This document shows positions 52,557 to 64,000 of a DNA stretch of 64,000 bases, in pieces. Each line of letters opens with the position of its first letter. The first letter of the stretch is position 1. The notes under the pieces were generated by a model. It had not been told where the DNA came from, did no database searches, and saw nothing but the letters and a program-made list of their open reading frames with translations. Location: positions 7,431 through 71,430 of the forward strand of contig CAZFCP010000012.1 of NCBI GenBank assembly GCA_964517775.1. Reading direction: 5' to 3'. Origin of the DNA: an uncultured Candidatus Marinamargulisbacteria bacterium. Lineage in GTDB: Bacteria; Margulisbacteria; Marinamargulisbacteria; SXXA01; JAHFDB01. A program made the position numbers and the translations under genes.

Positions 52557-52583
52557 GGGGGCTGTAACAGGCCCCCTTTTTTT
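52557..52583 (+). terminator. Rho-independent terminator after rpoC (GGGGGC-loop-GCCCCC plus T7)
   Basis: A 6-bp GC stem with loop TGTAACAG is followed by the T run at 52577-52583, ending at the nadC ATG. Confidence 0.65.
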
Positions 52584-53450
52584 ATGGTTGATCCCACTAC
52601 AGTTTTACAACGTTTATTAGAAAAAGCATTTGAGGAAGATTGTCCTTCCGGAGATATTACGACCGAGTCTTTCGTGAAAAACAGGGCATCTTCTGCACAG
52701 ATTGTTGCAAAAGAAGCTGGTATTTTTTTCGGAAAAGAGATCGTAAGCCATATTTTTGGCTATCAACACTGCGGCCCAGTCAGTATCGATTTTTGCTGTG
52801 AAGACGGCGCCTCTGTTGAAAAAGGCACTGTAGTCTGCAAAATAACGGCTCATATCTATGACATCCTGAAGATTGAGCGTGTGTTGCTTAATCTTTTACA
52901 GCGTTTATCTGGAATTGCTACACAAACCTCTTTATATGTAAGTCGTTTAAATAATCCTTCCATTAAAGTTCTTGATACTAGAAAAACCACTCCATTATGG
53001 CGATTCCTTGAAAAAAAGGCTGTTGTAGCTGGTGGCGGTTATAATCACCGTACAAACTTATCGGATATGGTGTTGCTAAAAGAAAATCATTTGATAGAAC
53101 TGTTTAAGCATAATAAAGAGCCTCGGGTTCTGGCAGAGCTAATCCAACACTTTAAACAACAGCGCCCTACTATTCAGATAGAAGTAGAGGTTGAACATTC
53201 TGATCAGTTAAGGCAATGGGATTTACATGACGTAGACTTTATCATGTTTGATAATTTTAAGATCGAGGATATCCTGCCAGGTGTAGAGATCTGTAAAGCC
53301 CGTGGTTTTAAAGCTGAAATTGAAGTGTCCGGCAACATTACTCTGGATACGATTTCCTTGTATTCACAACTGCCTGTTCAGCGTATTTCTGTTGGGTCTT
53401 TAACCCATTCCGTAAAAGCTTTGGATTTAAGTTTGAGAGTAGATCAGTGA
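52584..53450 (+). CDS. nadC: Nicotinate-nucleotide pyrophosphorylase (quinolinate phosphoribosyltransferase)
   Basis: The ATG start at 52584 gives a typical NadC N-terminus (LLEKAFEEDCPSGDITTE). The ORF-track GTG start at 52551 would be encoded by the terminator hairpin. Confidence 0.8.
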   Translation: MVDPTTVLQRLLEKAFEEDCPSGDITTESFVKNRASSAQIVAKEAGIFFGKEIVSHIFGYQHCGPVSIDFCCEDGASVEKGTVVCKITAHIYDILKIERVLLNLLQRLSGIATQTSLYVSRLNNPSIKVLDTRKTTPLWRFLEKKAVVAGGGYNHRTNLSDMVLLKENHLIELFKHNKEPRVLAELIQHFKQQRPTIQIEVEVEHSDQLRQWDLHDVDFIMFDNFKIEDILPGVEICKARGFKAEIEVSGNITLDTISLYSQLPVQRISVGSLTHSVKALDLSLRVDQ

Positions 53451-54085
53451 TTGATTTTTCACAAAAAACCGAATTTGAAACGCTTCAGTATCCCGAGCTT
53501 GAAACACAGTGTAAGTCCTGCACGCGCTGCGGTTTAAGCGAAACCAGAACAAATGTTGTGGTTGGATTTGGCCCTGTCCCATGCTCATTGATGATTATCG
53601 GTGAAGGCCCAGGCGAACAGGAAGATTTGCACGGTAAACCTTTTATAGGAAAAGCTGGCCAACTGTTAACAAAAATACTGGAATCTGTAGGCATCCAAAG
53701 AGATACAGATGCCTTTATAACCAACATTGTAAAATGCCGACCTCCCGGAAACCGAAATCCGATGATTACGGAAACAGAATCCTGTAAGCCATTTTTGATT
53801 CGCCAGATCCAGCTTGTTAAGCCAAAAATTTTAATATTGTTGGGGTCTCCATCTCTTAAAACTGTACTTGAAGAGCTTCAGCCTATTACAAAAGTTCGTG
53901 GAAAATGGTTCCATGTAACCGTTTCTTATATGACAGATCCTTTATACGTTATGCCTCTTTTCCATCCGTCTTATTTGTTGCGTAACGCTTCAAAAGAGCA
54001 GGGCAGTCCCAAATGGCTGACCTGGAAAGACATGCAGGAAGTAAAAGCCGCACTAGATTTTTATACAAAAACAGGAGTAGAGTAA
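53447..54085 (+). CDS. Uracil-DNA glycosylase, family 4 (Fe-S type)
   Basis: The family-4 motifs are CxxC...GEGPGEQED...GKPFIGKAG...HPSYLLRN. Confidence 0.8.
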   Translation: MIDFSQKTEFETLQYPELETQCKSCTRCGLSETRTNVVVGFGPVPCSLMIIGEGPGEQEDLHGKPFIGKAGQLLTKILESVGIQRDTDAFITNIVKCRPPGNRNPMITETESCKPFLIRQIQLVKPKILILLGSPSLKTVLEELQPITKVRGKWFHVTVSYMTDPLYVMPLFHPSYLLRNASKEQGSPKWLTWKDMQEVKAALDFYTKTGVE

Positions 54086-54091
54086 CCCTAT

Positions 54092-54535
54092 ATGAAAAAA
54101 CAAAGACAGTCACAAAAATTATCCGAACATTTTTCAAGACGTGATTTTATTTGCCGATGCACAAAATGTGAAGGCGCCATAAAAGTAAGCTTAGGATTAA
54201 TTGGCGGCCTGGAATTCTTAAGATCCAGAGCCAAAAGCCGTATCAATATTTTAAAAGGATACGAATGCCCAGAAGCTGCTGAGCGCATTAAAATCAGACG
54301 TAATTTTCACGTTTTAGGTGTAGCAGCTGATATTACTATTGATAAAAAAAGCATCCAGGAAGTCTTTTTACTTGCGGAAGAAATTCCCGAATTTAAAGGT
54401 ATTGGATTAAATCTTGATAAAAATTATGTGCATGTTGATACTCGAAAAGATAACAATCGTGTTATGTGGGTTATCCAAAATGAGCAGCACATCGAACTTA
54501 ATGCTGATAACAGGGATTTTTATCTGGCTCTGTGA
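54092..54535 (+). CDS. Peptidase M15A-like (YcbK/DUF882-type) zinc D,D-peptidase domain protein
   Basis: It has the spaced motifs HVLGVAADI and VHVD. No signal peptide is seen. Confidence 0.5.
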   Translation: MKKQRQSQKLSEHFSRRDFICRCTKCEGAIKVSLGLIGGLEFLRSRAKSRINILKGYECPEAAERIKIRRNFHVLGVAADITIDKKSIQEVFLLAEEIPEFKGIGLNLDKNYVHVDTRKDNNRVMWVIQNEQHIELNADNRDFYLAL

Positions 54536-55416
54536 ATGCCTATATCTCGGAATTTTTATACGACATAAAAACCCAAAAGGGATTTTCCGATAAAACCATT
54601 ATTACGTATCAAAGACAGTTAAATACTTTTGTAAATTATTACTCGGACGATATTACTCTGGATGATATTACGGTTTCTTTTTGCAATCAGTACGTCATGA
54701 TCCTGCAAAAAAATAAGCTCTCTCCCAAATCTGTTCACTTGTCTGTTTCTGCGTTAAGAAGTTTTTGGGATTTTTTATATCGGCATAAGAGAGTCCATAC
54801 AAATCCCTGGAAACTGGTAGAGCTTCCTAAACTTACAAAAAAACTGCCTTCAATTCTTTTCTCAAAAAAACTGATTGAGGTTATCGAGAAGCTCCCTCAA
54901 AAAACAAGTCTGGATATACGCAATAAGCTGTTTATCGATATCATTTTTTCTACGGGAATCCGTGTTGTTGAGCTCGTGAATTTAAATATTCAGGATATTC
55001 ATCTGGATTTAGGCGAAATCAGAATACTGGGAAAAGGGCATAAAGAAAGGATTGTTGTATTCAGCTCCTATACCAAACAGCTTTTGGAACTTTATCTTTT
55101 TAAAAGCCGTTCAGAGCTACTAAAACAGGCTCAGGATAAAGCACTTTTTTTAAATGAGAATGGATCAAGAGTGAGTGTCCGTCTGGTGCAGCGGGTTGTT
55201 AAATCTCTTTTTAATGACTTTGAGTTAAGTGCTACTCCTCATAAATTGCGACATTCTTTTGCTAGTGCTTTGTTGAATGGAGGCGCTGATTTAAGGACAA
55301 TTCAGGAGCTTTTAGGTCACTCCAGCATATCTACTACTCAAATATATACACACGTTGAAAATGACACCTTAAAACGCGTCATAAAAGATGCTCATCCAAG
55401 AGAAAAAAGTGTTTAA
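54532..55416 (+). CDS. Tyrosine site-specific recombinase XerC/XerD
   Basis: 294 aa. The C-terminal catalytic region reads RHSFASALLNGGADLRTIQELLGHSSISTTQIYTHV. Confidence 0.75.
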   Translation: MNAYISEFLYDIKTQKGFSDKTIITYQRQLNTFVNYYSDDITLDDITVSFCNQYVMILQKNKLSPKSVHLSVSALRSFWDFLYRHKRVHTNPWKLVELPKLTKKLPSILFSKKLIEVIEKLPQKTSLDIRNKLFIDIIFSTGIRVVELVNLNIQDIHLDLGEIRILGKGHKERIVVFSSYTKQLLELYLFKSRSELLKQAQDKALFLNENGSRVSVRLVQRVVKSLFNDFELSATPHKLRHSFASALLNGGADLRTIQELLGHSSISTTQIYTHVENDTLKRVIKDAHPREKSV

Positions 55417-55988
55417 TAGTTTTCAGGAAAAAGGATACGCTCAACACCTTCAATAACGCAGTGTCCTAAAAGCATATGAATTTCCTGGATTCTATCTGTT
55501 GTTTTTCCTGGGATAATGTATTCAAGATCGGCCAATCCTTTTGACTGTCCGCCGTCTTTTCCTAAACAGGAGATGGTTTTTAGTTTGGAAAGTTGGGCTT
55601 GTTTTAAGGCTTCAAGAATATTTTTGGATTGTCCACTGGAGGATAATACCCATAGAATATCTCCCTGTTTGCCGAATGCTTCAACTCCACGGGAGAATGT
55701 TTTGTCAAAACCAAAATCGTTTCCAACGCAGGTTATAAAGCCAGGATCCGTAAACGATAGGGCCGGTAATGCTTTTCGGATATCCCGATATTTTCCTGAA
55801 AATTCTTCTGCTATATGCATGGCATCACAAGCGCTGCCACCATTTCCACATAAAAGTAACTTGCCTCCCTGTTTAAATGATTCGGAAATCATCAGGGAGG
55901 CTTTTTGAATAAAGTCTGTGGTTTCAGGGCTGGACTGTACGACCTGTAAAATGTTTACAGCATCAGTAAGTGCCTGGTTAATCCACAT
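55413..55988 (-). CDS. gmhA: Phosphoheptose isomerase (SIS domain)
   Basis: 191 aa. The motifs are GNGGSACDAMHIAEEF and the SIS fold. Confidence 0.8.
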   Translation of the reverse strand: MWINQALTDAVNILQVVQSSPETTDFIQKASLMISESFKQGGKLLLCGNGGSACDAMHIAEEFSGKYRDIRKALPALSFTDPGFITCVGNDFGFDKTFSRGVEAFGKQGDILWVLSSSGQSKNILEALKQAQLSKLKTISCLGKDGGQSKGLADLEYIIPGKTTDRIQEIHMLLGHCVIEGVERILFPENY

Positions 55989-55990
55989 GG

Positions 55991-56743
55991 TTATTTAATA
56001 CTGCTTTTTAAATAGTGTCTGTTCATCCGGGCGATATTGCTGATGGAAACACCTTTTGGACAGGCGGCTTCACACAGATATTCGTTTGAACAGTTTCCGA
56101 ATCCTTCGGAGTCCATTTGCCAAACCATTTTCTTGACTCTGGTTTTTCCTTCGATTTCACCTTGAGGCAGAAGAGCTAAATGGCTTACTTTTGCAGATAC
56201 AAACAACATGGCAGATGCATTAGGGCAAGCGGCAACACAAGCCGCACAGCCGATACATTGTGCGGCATCCATGGCTAAATCTGAATTTTCTTTAGCTACA
56301 AGAATATTGTTGGCTTCAGGTGCGCTTCCTGTTTTTACGGAGACATATCCTCCTGCAGAAATCACTCTGTCAAATCCAGATCTATCTACAACTAAGTCTT
56401 TAATGATAGGTAAAGCACTGGCGCGGAAGGGTTCGATTGTGACTTCATCATTATCATTAAAGTGACGCATATGAAGCTGACATAACGTTGTTTTTTCAAG
56501 CGGCCCATGAGGTCTTCCGTTAACAACAGCACCGCAGGACCCACAAATTCCTTCACGGCAATCATGATCAAATGCAATCGGTTCGATTCCTTTTACGGAT
56601 AAATCATCATTAACAACATCCAGCATTTCTAAAAAAGACGCATGGACATCCACATTTTTTGCCTCGTAGGTTTCAAACTTACCAGGGGTATTGGTGTTTT
56701 TTTGACGCCATACTTTAAGCTTTAAATTTAAGGACTCTTTCAT
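55991..56743 (-). CDS. frdB: Fumarate reductase/succinate dehydrogenase iron-sulfur subunit
   Basis: It carries the [2Fe-2S] motif CREGICGSC and the [4Fe-4S]/[3Fe-4S] motifs CIGCAAC and CPKGV. Confidence 0.9.
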   Translation of the reverse strand: MKESLNLKLKVWRQKNTNTPGKFETYEAKNVDVHASFLEMLDVVNDDLSVKGIEPIAFDHDCREGICGSCGAVVNGRPHGPLEKTTLCQLHMRHFNDNDEVTIEPFRASALPIIKDLVVDRSGFDRVISAGGYVSVKTGSAPEANNILVAKENSDLAMDAAQCIGCAACVAACPNASAMLFVSAKVSHLALLPQGEIEGKTRVKKMVWQMDSEGFGNCSNEYLCEAACPKGVSISNIARMNRHYLKSSIK

Positions 56744-58656
56744 TATTTGTAACTCCTTTGAGATAAGGATACATTTTCAAAGACAAGATTTTCTTTATGA
56801 AGGGTTGGGGCTTGTCCAACGCCATTGTATTCCCAAGCTGCAGCGTAGCAAAATTCATCGTCTTTCCGTTGTGCTTCGCCTTCAGGAGTCTGACTTTCTT
56901 CCCTGAAGTGTCCACCGCAGGATTCTGTACGATGAAGAGCATCTGTTACAAGTAACTCACCAAATTCAAGGAAGTCTGCAACACGGCCTGCTTTTTCAAG
57001 TGCCTGGTTAAATTCTCCTTCGGATCCTGTAACCGTAACATTGTTCCAGAATTCTTCACGAATTTCAGGGATTTTCTTTAACGCTTCGCGTAGTCCTGCA
57101 TCAGAACGGCTCATACCGCATTTATCCCACATTAATAAACCTAATTCTTTGTGGAAATCATCAACCGTACGTTTTCCGTTAATCGATAGAAGTTTTGACG
57201 TTCTTTCTCTTACAGATTGCTCAGCTTCTTTAAAGGCTGGATGATCGGTTCCTACCTTATCAAGTTTTGCCTGAGCAAGATAATCACCAATAGTGTAAGG
57301 AATGATAAAGTATCCGTCAGCAAGTCCTTGCATCAGGGCGCTGGCTCCAAGTCTGTTTGCTCCGTGATCAGAGAAGTTGGCTTCTCCAAGTACGTGCAGC
57401 CCAGGAATAGAACTCATCAAGTTGTAATCTACCCACAAACCACCCATGGTGTAGTGAATAGCCGGGTACATCATCATTGGTTCTTTGTACGGGTCTGAAC
57501 CTGTGATGCGCTCGTACATTTCAAAAAGGTTCCCATATCGTGCTTCGATAGTAGGTTTTCCTAAGCGTTTAATCGAATCAGCAAAATCAAGGTAAACAGC
57601 TAAGCCTGTTGAGCCTACACCACGGCCTTCATCACACACATATTTGGCGTTTCTTGAAGCAAGGTCTCTTGGAACAAGGTTGCCGAAACTTGGATATTTT
57701 CTTTCCAGGTAGTAATCACGTTCTTCATCTGGAATATTACCTGCAGGGCGCACGTCGCCTTTATTTTTAGGAACCCATACACGACCGTCGTTTCTCAAAC
57801 TTTCACTCATCAGGGTCAGTTTGGATTGGTAAGACCCGTGAACAGGAATACATGTTGGATGGATTTGCGTATAGCAAGGGTTTGCGAAGTAAGCACCTTT
57901 TTTATGGGCTCTCCATGTAGCTGTTACGTTACAACCCATGGCGTTTGTAGATAAAAAGTAAACGTTTCCGTAGCCGCCTGTTGCCAGAATAACGGCATCA
58001 GCACTGTAGGATTCGATCTGCCCAGTAATAAGATTTCTCACGATGATGCCTCTTGCTGCACCATCAACAAGAACAAGTTCCATCATCTCACGTCTTGAAA
58101 ATAACTTTACTGTTCCGCGTTCAACTTCTTTCATTAAGGCACTGTAAGCACCTAATAAAAGCTGTTGTCCGGTTTGTCCTCTTGCATAAAATGTACGGGA
58201 AACCTGTGCCCCACCAAAAGAGCGGTTATCTAGTAACCCGCTGTATTCTCTGGCGAAAGGTACACCTTGGGCTACACATTGATCAATAATATTGTTGCTG
58301 ATTTCTGCAAGTCTGTGTACGTTGGCTTCTCTTGCTCTGAAGTCTCCACCTTTTACGGTGTCATAAAACAGTCTGTGTACACTGTCTCCGTCATTCGGAT
58401 AGTTTTTTGCCGCATTGATACCGCCCTGTGCCGCAATACTATGCGCACGTCTTGGGCTGTCCTGAAAACAAAAGGACAGTACATTGTAGCCCAGCTCTCC
58501 AAGAGAAGCTGCTGCCGAGGCTCCGGCAAGTCCGGTTCCTACAACAATTACTGTAAACTTTCTTTTATTAGCAGGGTTTACAAGCTTTAAATTGAATTTG
58601 TGATTAGACCATTTTTCTGCAATTGGGCCTGAAGGAATTTTTGAATCTAGTGCCAT
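56743..58656 (-). CDS. frdA: Fumarate reductase/succinate dehydrogenase flavoprotein subunit
   Basis: The start at 58656 ([21 protein letters not shown]...[13 protein letters not shown]) matches Bacteroides-type FrdA N-termini. The longer ORF-track start at 58716 overlaps frdC. Confidence 0.9.
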   Translation of the reverse strand: MALDSKIPSGPIAEKWSNHKFNLKLVNPANKRKFTVIVVGTGLAGASAAASLGELGYNVLSFCFQDSPRRAHSIAAQGGINAAKNYPNDGDSVHRLFYDTVKGGDFRAREANVHRLAEISNNIIDQCVAQGVPFAREYSGLLDNRSFGGAQVSRTFYARGQTGQQLLLGAYSALMKEVERGTVKLFSRREMMELVLVDGAARGIIVRNLITGQIESYSADAVILATGGYGNVYFLSTNAMGCNVTATWRAHKKGAYFANPCYTQIHPTCIPVHGSYQSKLTLMSESLRNDGRVWVPKNKGDVRPAGNIPDEERDYYLERKYPSFGNLVPRDLASRNAKYVCDEGRGVGSTGLAVYLDFADSIKRLGKPTIEARYGNLFEMYERITGSDPYKEPMMMYPAIHYTMGGLWVDYNLMSSIPGLHVLGEANFSDHGANRLGASALMQGLADGYFIIPYTIGDYLAQAKLDKVGTDHPAFKEAEQSVRERTSKLLSINGKRTVDDFHKELGLLMWDKCGMSRSDAGLREALKKIPEIREEFWNNVTVTGSEGEFNQALEKAGRVADFLEFGELLVTDALHRTESCGGHFREESQTPEGEAQRKDDEFCYAAAWEYNGVGQAPTLHKENLVFENVSLSQRSYK

Positions 58657-58669
58657 AAAAGCCCTTTCT

Positions 58670-59341
58670 TTAATTTCCAGCGATTGCAAACCACACGTAA
58701 AGTGGAATGGCTGCAAAGCTGACAGCGATAATAATACCTAGAACAAGGCTGATTTTTTTAACGATAGGCGTATAAACAGGATGATTCCATCCAAATGTTT
58801 GACACACACTCTGAATAGCATGGACCAGGTGAAATCCTACAGCAATCATCGCAATCACATAGATGCTTACATCATAAAGATTGGAAAATTCGTTAACAAT
58901 AACCCCGTAAAGCCCCATGTTCTGACCATTGATAAAACCTTCAGCACCGGTTGTATCTACAAACGTAAAATCAAATAAATGCTTAATAATGTAGAAGAGA
59001 ATAATGGTTCCAGAGTAAGGCATAATCCGTGTTGCAAGCGACCGTTTTGATTCAGCCGGAGTTCCTGCATAAGCAATAGGTCTGGCTTTTTTATTTTCAA
59101 TAACAACCATGGCTGTAAAAATAATATGAATAGCAAAAACGGCAGTTAGTCCAAGTTCCAAAACTCTTAGAAGGGGTCCAAAAGAATGAAGGGTATGGCT
59201 ATAAATATTGATAGCTTCAGGGCCTCTGTAAATTAAAAGGTTTCCTGCAAGGTGAGCAATCAAAAACAGAATCAGCATTAAGCCTGTTACTGCAACAACC
59301 TGCTTTTTTCCAATAGAAGAAGATAAATACTTTTTAAGCAT
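58670..59341 (-). CDS. frdC: Fumarate reductase/succinate dehydrogenase cytochrome b membrane subunit (single 5-TM anchor)
   Basis: 223 aa with 5 hydrophobic helices and conserved His residues, located immediately upstream of frdA. Confidence 0.7.
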   Translation of the reverse strand: MLKKYLSSSIGKKQVVAVTGLMLILFLIAHLAGNLLIYRGPEAINIYSHTLHSFGPLLRVLELGLTAVFAIHIIFTAMVVIENKKARPIAYAGTPAESKRSLATRIMPYSGTIILFYIIKHLFDFTFVDTTGAEGFINGQNMGLYGVIVNEFSNLYDVSIYVIAMIAVGFHLVHAIQSVCQTFGWNHPVYTPIVKKISLVLGIIIAVSFAAIPLYVWFAIAGN

Positions 59342-59358
59342 GAGTAGTAATTCCTTTT

Positions 59359-60294
59359 CTATACTAAAGCGGCAAGCTTGTCGATAAGTTCTTGAACATC
59401 ATGAGCAGATTTTTGTAATGCTTTTAACTCTGTATCAGCTAATTCAAGCTCGTGAATTTTTTCTACGCCGTTTTTCCCTAAGGATACAGGAACGCCGCAG
59501 TATAAATCTTTCAAGCCATATTCACCGTTCATGTAAGCACATACCGGTAAAATACGGTTAGAATCTAAAAGGATAGCTTCAACCATCGCAACAGATGACG
59601 CAGATGGTGCATAGTACGCACTGCCAGTTTTTAATAAACCAACAATTTCGGCTCCGCCTGTTCTTGTGCGAGAGTTAATGGCTTCAATTTTATCCTGAGA
59701 TAATAATTGAGGAAGAGGAATCCCATTTACAGTTGTATATTGTGGAACTGGAACCATAGAGTCTCCGTGTCCACCTAAAACCATAGCTCTTACGTCTTTA
59801 ATAGAGCAGTTTAAAGCCTCAGCAATAAATTGCGCATAACGAGATGAATCCAGAACACCGGCCATTCCAAATACTTTGTTTGATTTGAACTGGGATTTTC
59901 TATAAGCCAACCATGTCATGGCATCTAAAGGATTAGATACGATGATGATAATTCCGTTTGGAGAATACTGCGCAATCTGTTCAACAACGCCGCCAACAAT
60001 TTTAGCGTTTGTTGTTAATAGATCGTCACGTGACATTCCCGGTTTTCTTGCGATTCCAGCTGTAATAACGATAACATCGGAATTTGCTGTATCTTTATAA
60101 TCATTTGTTCCGATAATATGGGTGTCGAAACCTTCTGTTGCAGCTGACTGCATCATGTCCAGAGCTTTACCTTGAGGTAAACCTTCAACAATATCAATTA
60201 AAACTACATCTGCAAGCTGTTTTTCAACGATTCTTTGAGCAGCGGTAGATCCAACAAAACCTGCTCCAACAACAGTAACTTTCTTTTTAGACAT
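59359..60294 (-). CDS. mdh: Malate dehydrogenase (LDH-like family)
   Basis: It has the NAD-binding N-terminus [12 protein letters not shown]. It is 311 aa and is adjacent to frdCAB. Confidence 0.85.
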   Translation of the reverse strand: MSKKKVTVVGAGFVGSTAAQRIVEKQLADVVLIDIVEGLPQGKALDMMQSAATEGFDTHIIGTNDYKDTANSDVIVITAGIARKPGMSRDDLLTTNAKIVGGVVEQIAQYSPNGIIIIVSNPLDAMTWLAYRKSQFKSNKVFGMAGVLDSSRYAQFIAEALNCSIKDVRAMVLGGHGDSMVPVPQYTTVNGIPLPQLLSQDKIEAINSRTRTGGAEIVGLLKTGSAYYAPSASSVAMVEAILLDSNRILPVCAYMNGEYGLKDLYCGVPVSLGKNGVEKIHELELADTELKALQKSAHDVQELIDKLAALV

Positions 60295-60448
60295 GGTCTA
60301 AGCTCCTTAAAACATATTTAAGATCATTACACAAAAATTTCAGCGACCCACTTTATCATAAATCCTACCAAGACAAAAGTATAAAAATAGTTGTTTGCTC
60401 AAGTTTATCCTCTTACGATATAATCCACTTCCTGTTGATGGTTTTTAG

Positions 60449-62254
<1,806 letters not shown>

Positions 62255-62368
62255 CAACCTTGTTTTAATTGGCTACCATAAGTGGCCTGATTTTTAGGCC
62301 CTTACACAACTGTTTGAGGTTAATATTAAAAAAATACGTTCAAGAAATTTATATATTTAGGAGTAAAA

Positions 62369-62752
62369 ATGCCTACAGCTAACCAGCTTATTAAGCGTAA
62401 AAGAAAACCAAAACGTGCAAAAGATAAATCACCGGCTCTTCAAAGCTGTCCACAAAGACGTGGTGTGTGCCTTCGTGTTTACACTACAACACCTAAAAAG
62501 CCAAATTCTGCTTTAAGAAAAGTAGCCAGAGTTCGTTTATCAAATGGTTTTGAAGTTACGTCTTATATTCCTGGTGAAGGGCATAACCTTCAAGAGCACT
62601 CTGTTGTGTACATCCGTGGAGGAAGAGTAAAAGATCTTCCTGGGGTTAGATACCATACAGAGCGTGGTCGTGGAGACTTACAGGGTGTAGCAAATCGTAT
62701 GCAATCACGTTCCGTATACGGAGCCAAGAAAAAGAAAGAAGGTAAAAAATAG
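62369..62752 (+). CDS. rpsL: 30S ribosomal protein S12
   Basis: The N-terminus is [13 protein letters not shown], with [16 protein letters not shown]. Confidence 0.95.
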   Translation: MPTANQLIKRKRKPKRAKDKSPALQSCPQRRGVCLRVYTTTPKKPNSALRKVARVRLSNGFEVTSYIPGEGHNLQEHSVVYIRGGRVKDLPGVRYHTERGRGDLQGVANRMQSRSVYGAKKKKEGKK

Positions 62753-63223
62753 ATGTCTAGAAAATCTAAAGGGTTTCATAGAGAAACTATTCCGGATCCA
62801 AGATTCGGCAGCACTGTTCTTACAAAATTTATCAATAAAGTTATGTTGGGTGGTAAAAAAAGTACAGCTCAAAATATCGTTTATGCCGCTTTGGATAAAT
62901 TAGCGGAATCAACAAAAGAGACTCCACTGCAGTCTTTTGAAAAAGCGTTAAAAAACGTAATGCCTTTAATGGAAGTTCGTTCAAGACGTGTAGGTGGCTC
63001 TACTTATCAGGTTCCTGTTGAAGTTCGCCCTGCTCGCGCTTCTGCTTTGGCAATGCGTTGGATTATTAAACATTCCAGAGACAAAGCTGGTCGTCCAATG
63101 GAAGACAGATTGTGTCAAGAGCTTTTAGACGCTTTTAACAAAGCTGGTGCTTCAATTAAGAAACGTGAGGAGACACATAAAATGGCAGAAGCTAACAAAG
63201 CATTTGCACATTTTAGATGGTAA
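62753..63223 (+). CDS. rpsG: 30S ribosomal protein S7
   Basis: 156 aa, with the S7 signature. Confidence 0.95.
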   Translation: MSRKSKGFHRETIPDPRFGSTVLTKFINKVMLGGKKSTAQNIVYAALDKLAESTKETPLQSFEKALKNVMPLMEVRSRRVGGSTYQVPVEVRPARASALAMRWIIKHSRDKAGRPMEDRLCQELLDAFNKAGASIKKREETHKMAEANKAFAHFRW

Positions 63224-63227
63224 TACT

Positions 63228-64000
63228 ATGTCAAACAAAAAAATCCCTTTAGAAAAAGTTAGAAATATTGGAATTGCTGCTCACATTGATGCTGGTAAAA
63301 CCACATTAACCGAGCGCGTTCTGTTTTATACCGGAAAATCTCACAAAATCGGTGAGGTTCACGATGGTAATGCAACAATGGACTGGATGGTTCAGGAGCA
63401 AGAGCGTGGTATCACTATCACATCTGCTGCGACAACCTGCTACTGGAAAGATATTTGTATTAACATTATTGATACGCCAGGCCACGTTGACTTTACTGTT
63501 GAAGTAGAGCGTTCGTTGCGTGTTCTTGATGGCATGGTTGCTGTATTTTGTTCCGTTGGTGGTGTTCAGCCTCAAAGTGAAACAGTATGGCGTCAGGCTG
63601 TAAAATATCAGGTTCCTCGTATTGCCTTTATCAACAAAATGGACAGGGTTGGAGCTGACTTCGATCGCGTTGTTCAAATGATGGTTGATGTTCTTCATGC
63701 CCGTCCGGTAGTTGTAAACTATCCGATTGGAAAAGAAGATGTTTTTGAAGGCATGGTTGATCTGGTTGCTGAAAAAGAATATTTCTACGCTGAAGGAAAA
63801 GGCGATGGTTCTCAATATGATGTGAGAGACATCCAACCTGAAAGAAAAGAGTTGGTTGCTGCGTTACGTGAAAAACTATTAGAAGCAGTAGCTGAAGCTG
63901 ATGATAAATTATTGGAAAAATATTTAGAAACCGGAACGCTTTCTGTTGAGGAAGTTAAGTATGGTATTCGTAAATTAACGATTGATGGAACTATCGTTCC
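63228..64000 (+). CDS. fusA: Elongation factor G (N-terminal part; continues beyond window end)
   Basis: The G-domain motifs are [22 protein letters not shown] and NKMDR. Confidence 0.9.
   Translation, partial: MSNKKIPLEKVRNIGIAAHIDAGKTTLTERVLFYTGKSHKIGEVHDGNATMDWMVQEQERGITITSAATTCYWKDICINIIDTPGHVDFTVEVERSLRVLDGMVAVFCSVGGVQPQSETVWRQAVKYQVPRIAFINKMDRVGADFDRVVQMMVDVLHARPVVVNYPIGKEDVFEGMVDLVAEKEYFYAEGKGDGSQYDVRDIQPERKELVAALREKLLEAVAEADDKLLEKYLETGTLSVEEVKYGIRKLTIDGTIV

Noticed and set aside
52551-52583. GTG start for nadC from the ORF track
   Set aside because: It would translate the rpoC terminator hairpin (GGGGGCTGTAACAGGCCCCC) as MDGGCNRPPFF. The NadC-like sequence begins at the ATG at 52584.
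54532-55416. Tyrosine recombinase as a mobile-element integrase
   Set aside because: No flanking repeats, tRNA target or phage/IS genes are present. The size (294 aa) and motifs fit chromosomal XerC/XerD, embedded among housekeeping genes.
58657-58716. Longer frdA start at 58716
   Set aside because: It overlaps frdC by 47 nt. The internal ATG at 58656 gives a Bacteroides-type FrdA N-terminus ([16 protein letters not shown]) and is preceded by GAAAGGG.
62255-62368. Possible terminator hairpin after thiC (GGCCT-GATTTTT-AGGCC)
   Set aside because: It is only a 5-bp stem with no downstream T-tract. It may still be part of the rpsL promoter region, but it is not convincing as a terminator.
63306-63836. 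176-aa minus-strand ORF
   Set aside because: It lies entirely antisense within the fusA G-domain coding sequence (the GTPase motifs G1, G3 and G4 are read on the + strand). It has a low-complexity Asn/Phe-rich translation and no start-site context.

Overview
The window reads as a mostly core-genome stretch of a roughly 40% GC bacterium that looks diderm and LPS-bearing: it encodes gmhA and an LpxB-related glycosyltransferase, and also an SLH-anchored surface protein. All protein identifications are by-eye motif recognition from the supplied translations. No database search was run.

Recognisable backbone, in order:
- A partial tsaB at the left edge, then yebC.
- sppA, ispF and a TrmH-family methyltransferase.
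- gcvP, hemH and an NYN-domain protein on the minus strand.
- eno, an FtsB-like protein and an S1-domain protein, then ribD, lepB, gyrB and gyrA.
- rpmG, tRNA-Trp, secE, nusG, rplK, rplA, rplJ, rplL, rpoB and rpoC, then nadC, a family-4 uracil-DNA glycosylase and a Xer recombinase.
- A minus-strand mdh-frdCAB-gmhA block, then thiC and rpsL-rpsG-fusA (fusA partial at the right edge).

Less ordinary content:
- Two overlapping genes for giant secreted proteins at 2556..8125. The first ends in a T9SS/FlgD-like C-terminal sorting domain and the second in SLH repeats.
- A BigR/SqrR-like persulfide-responsive operon at 28018..30237: an ArsR-type regulator with a Cys-x66-Cys pair, a persulfide dioxygenase, a YgaP-like membrane rhodanese and a TauE exporter. 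An AT-rich inverted-repeat operator lies just upstream.
- A compact AddB-like Fe-S nuclease and a UvrD-like helicase (35719..39966) that sit in the same reading frame, separated by a single TAA. The helicase N-terminal motif is encoded without any canonical start codon.
- A PknB-like PASTA-domain protein whose kinase catalytic motifs are degenerate.
- A response regulator with an N-terminal pseudo-receiver and no output domain.
- A degenerate FGGY-like protein next to tsaB.

No CRISPR array, IS element, rRNA gene or prophage is visible.
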